Positions 62,164 through 64,000 of a stretch of 64,000 nt of DNA are shown here, piece by piece. Location of the stretch: positions 3,888 through 67,887 of the IMG/VR virus record IMGVR_UViG_3300033121_002344; one strand, given 5' to 3'. The translations under genes were made by a program, and so were the position numbers. The notes under the pieces are model-generated. The model was not told where the DNA came from. It saw only the letters and a program-made list of their open reading frames with translations, and did not search any database. Each line of letters opens with the position of its first letter. Position 1 is the stretch's first letter. Source of the DNA: a virus (lineage: Duplodnaviria; Caudoviricetes).

Positions 62164-63551
62164 TCGGTCGGCCCGTCCTCGCGCTCGAAGATGCTCAGGT
62201 CCACCGCCGCCTCGTTGTCGATCAGGTACTTCGCGCCCTCGAAGTCGTAGCGGACGCAGAAGGGGAAGGGCCCACGGCGCTGCTTCAGGCAGTAGAGGTC
62301 GAGGGTGTCGCGCATGTTCCGCCGCCGGCTCTTCGGGGCGCGGATCATCGGCCGGTCGACGCCGAAGATCAGGTCGAGCTCCTCCTCGAAGGCCCCCGCG
62401 TTCTTGATGTGCTCCAGCGACGGAGGCCCCTCGACGCCCTGGCGGTTGAGGTGGTGGACCAGGCAGATATGGACCCCGTAGCGCTTCGCGATCGACTCGC
62501 GGATGCGGATCAGCGCCTGGGTGACGGCCTGCTCGCGTCGATCGCGGAGCGCCTTCCCGACGACGTCGAAGACGAAGAAGCCGAAGCCCTCCTGGGAGAG
62601 GGCCGCCACCACGCTCTCGACGTGGTCGAGGTTCCGTTCGTTCTGGTCGGCCCACTTGTCGGTCGACTGCTCCAGGTGAATAAACGGGTTCTCTTCGATG
62701 ACGAAGCAGTCGTTGCGGAAGAGCTCGGCCGCGTCTGCGATCCGCAGCTTCTCCTGATCGGAGAGGTGCTTGGTGTGCTTTGTGTACCGCTCCGCCGGGA
62801 TCCCCGCCTCGGCCGCGATCATCGAATCGAGGTAGTCGTCACGCCCCATCTCCCAGGCCCCCAGGTAGGTCCGCTTCGAGTTGCGAACCCGCCAGCGGAC
62901 GAGGTGGGAGACGAAGGCGCTCTTGCCCATGCCGGGCCGGCCGACGATCAGGCTCACCGTGGCCGGCGCGAAGCCCGCGCCCAGCATCGAGTCGAGGATC
63001 ACGTTCCCGCTCGGCTCGAAGACGGAGCCGACGATCGACCGCATCCGCATCGTCTCGTAGTAGGCGTCGACGACCGCACCACCCCGCTGGATGTTCCGGA
63101 GGGCGTTGCGGCCGACTCGATCGCCGGCCACCCGCAGCGCACCCGCGAGCGCATCACCGGGCACCTTCGGGTCCTCGCAGAGCTCGACGAGCTTCGGTAC
63201 GTGGTCCCGGAGGAGCTCGAACTTCGCCGCGTCGAGCCGCAGTCGGTCGAGGTGGTAGTCGACGTTCCGGTTCGGCTGGTACTCGGCCTCGATGGCCCGC
63301 AAGTACGCAAACCCGCCGAAGTCCGCGCCGCCGACGAGCGTCTGGAAGGTGTCCTCGCTCCAGGCCATGCCGGCGCGGTCGAGGGCCGTGAGGCCGCGCA
63401 GGATGATCCGGTGGCGCTGGTCGCCGAAGTCGTTGGGCCGGATCGAGACCATGAGCCGCCGCCGCTCCTTGGCGTCGTGGATCATCGTCGCCAGCACGAC
63501 CCGCTCGTTCGCGAGGTCGAACTCCACCACCCTGCCACCGCGGTCCGCCAC
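62160..63551 (-). CDS. DnaB-like replicative helicase
   Basis: ERVVLATMI N-domain, GRPGMGKS, HHLNR, IKNAGAFEEELD; start re-called to GTG 63551. Confidence 0.9.
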   Translation of the reverse strand: MADRGGRVVEFDLANERVVLATMIHDAKERRRLMVSIRPNDFGDQRHRIILRGLTALDRAGMAWSEDTFQTLVGGADFGGFAYLRAIEAEYQPNRNVDYHLDRLRLDAAKFELLRDHVPKLVELCEDPKVPGDALAGALRVAGDRVGRNALRNIQRGGAVVDAYYETMRMRSIVGSVFEPSGNVILDSMLGAGFAPATVSLIVGRPGMGKSAFVSHLVRWRVRNSKRTYLGAWEMGRDDYLDSMIAAEAGIPAERYTKHTKHLSDQEKLRIADAAELFRNDCFVIEENPFIHLEQSTDKWADQNERNLDHVESVVAALSQEGFGFFVFDVVGKALRDRREQAVTQALIRIRESIAKRYGVHICLVHHLNRQGVEGPPSLEHIKNAGAFEEELDLIFGVDRPMIRAPKSRRRNMRDTLDLYCLKQRRGPFPFCVRYDFEGAKYLIDNEAAVDLSIFEREDGPTE

Positions 63552-63615
63552 GGGCTGATCTTCGCGCAACGGGCCTCGTCCCGACAGCAGGAGGCCCGTC
63601 GGGCCAGCTGCCGTA

Positions 63616-64000
63616 TCAACCCGGGTTGCTTCGTCGCCGGTCGCGGAGCTCTTCGAGCTCGGCCTCGGTGAGGAGGTCCCGCATCTCGCCGGCCCGCCAG
63701 GCGTCGAGCACACGCTGCACCCGGCCGCCGATGACGTCCGGGTCGAGGTGCGGGAACGGAGGCCCGGGCCACCGCTCGCCCTTCTCCTTCCGAGCCCGCC
63801 ACCAGCGAGGCACCGTCGAGAGCGCGAGCCGGAACTCCACACGGTCGGCCGCGAAGGTGCGGTTGATCGTCGTGTTGATGAGCCGCCAGAGCCGCTCCCG
63901 GTCCGCCTTCGTTCGGGGCCAGGCCGTCTCGTCCTCGACCCCGAAGAGCCGGTGGATGTTCGACCGCCAGGCCGCACAGAACTCCGCCGCGTTGATCGCC
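63616..64000 (-). CDS. 3' part of a gene upstream of the helicase (possible initiator/loader)
   Basis: Frame open from the window edge to TGA 63616; ends SNPG*. Confidence 0.55.
   Translation of the reverse strand, partial: AINAAEFCAAWRSNIHRLFGVEDETAWPRTKADRERLWRLINTTINRTFAADRVEFRLALSTVPRWWRARKEKGERWPGPPFPHLDPDVIGGRVQRVLDAWRAGEMRDLLTEAELEELRDRRRSNPG
63617..63628. repeat. Dispersed palindrome copy 13 (TAT-core-CTT)
   Basis: Exact core; supplies the TGA stop. Confidence 0.95.

Noticed and set aside
4181-63628. Palindrome copies as CRISPR repeats or IS/REP ends
   Set aside because: Spacing is kilobases and spans whole genes; no cas or transposase gene, no target-site duplications, and the unit is only 18 bp.
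69-63671. Long plus-strand ORFs in the track (for example 69-1721, 8787-11276, 18330-20279, 53224-54834)
   Set aside because: Arg/Pro/Gly-rich antisense shadows of well-supported minus-strand genes in GC-rich DNA; no motifs or SD sites.
1-64000. Prophage/integration module, lysis cassette, or alternative genetic code
   Set aside because: No integrase, att-like repeat, holin/endolysin or host genes were seen. All three stop codons end genes normally, with 1-4 nt overlaps under code 11.

Overview
A 64-kb slice of a high-GC (roughly 70% by eye) tailed dsDNA phage with a contractile tail (myovirus). Every gene I can support (about 100) lies on the minus strand. The long plus-strand ORFs in the track are GC-rich shadow frames. 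In transcription order (right to left): replication and transcription genes (DnaB helicase, DNA MTase, primase, sigma4-Xre HTH protein, UvrD helicase, sigma-like factor, family-B polymerase, UvsY-like, SSB-like, RecA, SbcD); two ParB-domain genes, one fused to an MTase; about 25 kb of small accessory genes that contain the scattered packaging genes; portal; head module (MuF, scaffold, major capsid); neck; sheath; tube; chaperone with a -1 frameshift; tape measure; and the start of the baseplate. No integrase, lysis gene, tRNA or CRISPR array was seen. Main observations: (1) 13 co-oriented copies of an 18-bp near-palindrome, WAW-CAACCCGGGTTG-YTW, about every 5 kb and mostly at gene ends. (2) About 22 SD-less genes share a GYGANGAT box 6-7 nt before the start codon, which fits leaderless -10-only promoters. 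The phage also encodes a sigma2 protein with an inserted C2H2 zinc finger and no sigma4.2, plus a separate sigma4-Xre protein, which suggests a bipartite sigma system. (3) The large terminase is split into ATPase and nuclease genes 13 kb apart. (4) There is a structured RNA after the capsid gene, a MuF-GNAT fusion and a HiPIP-like protein in the head module. All family assignments come from motif recognition by eye, not from database searches.
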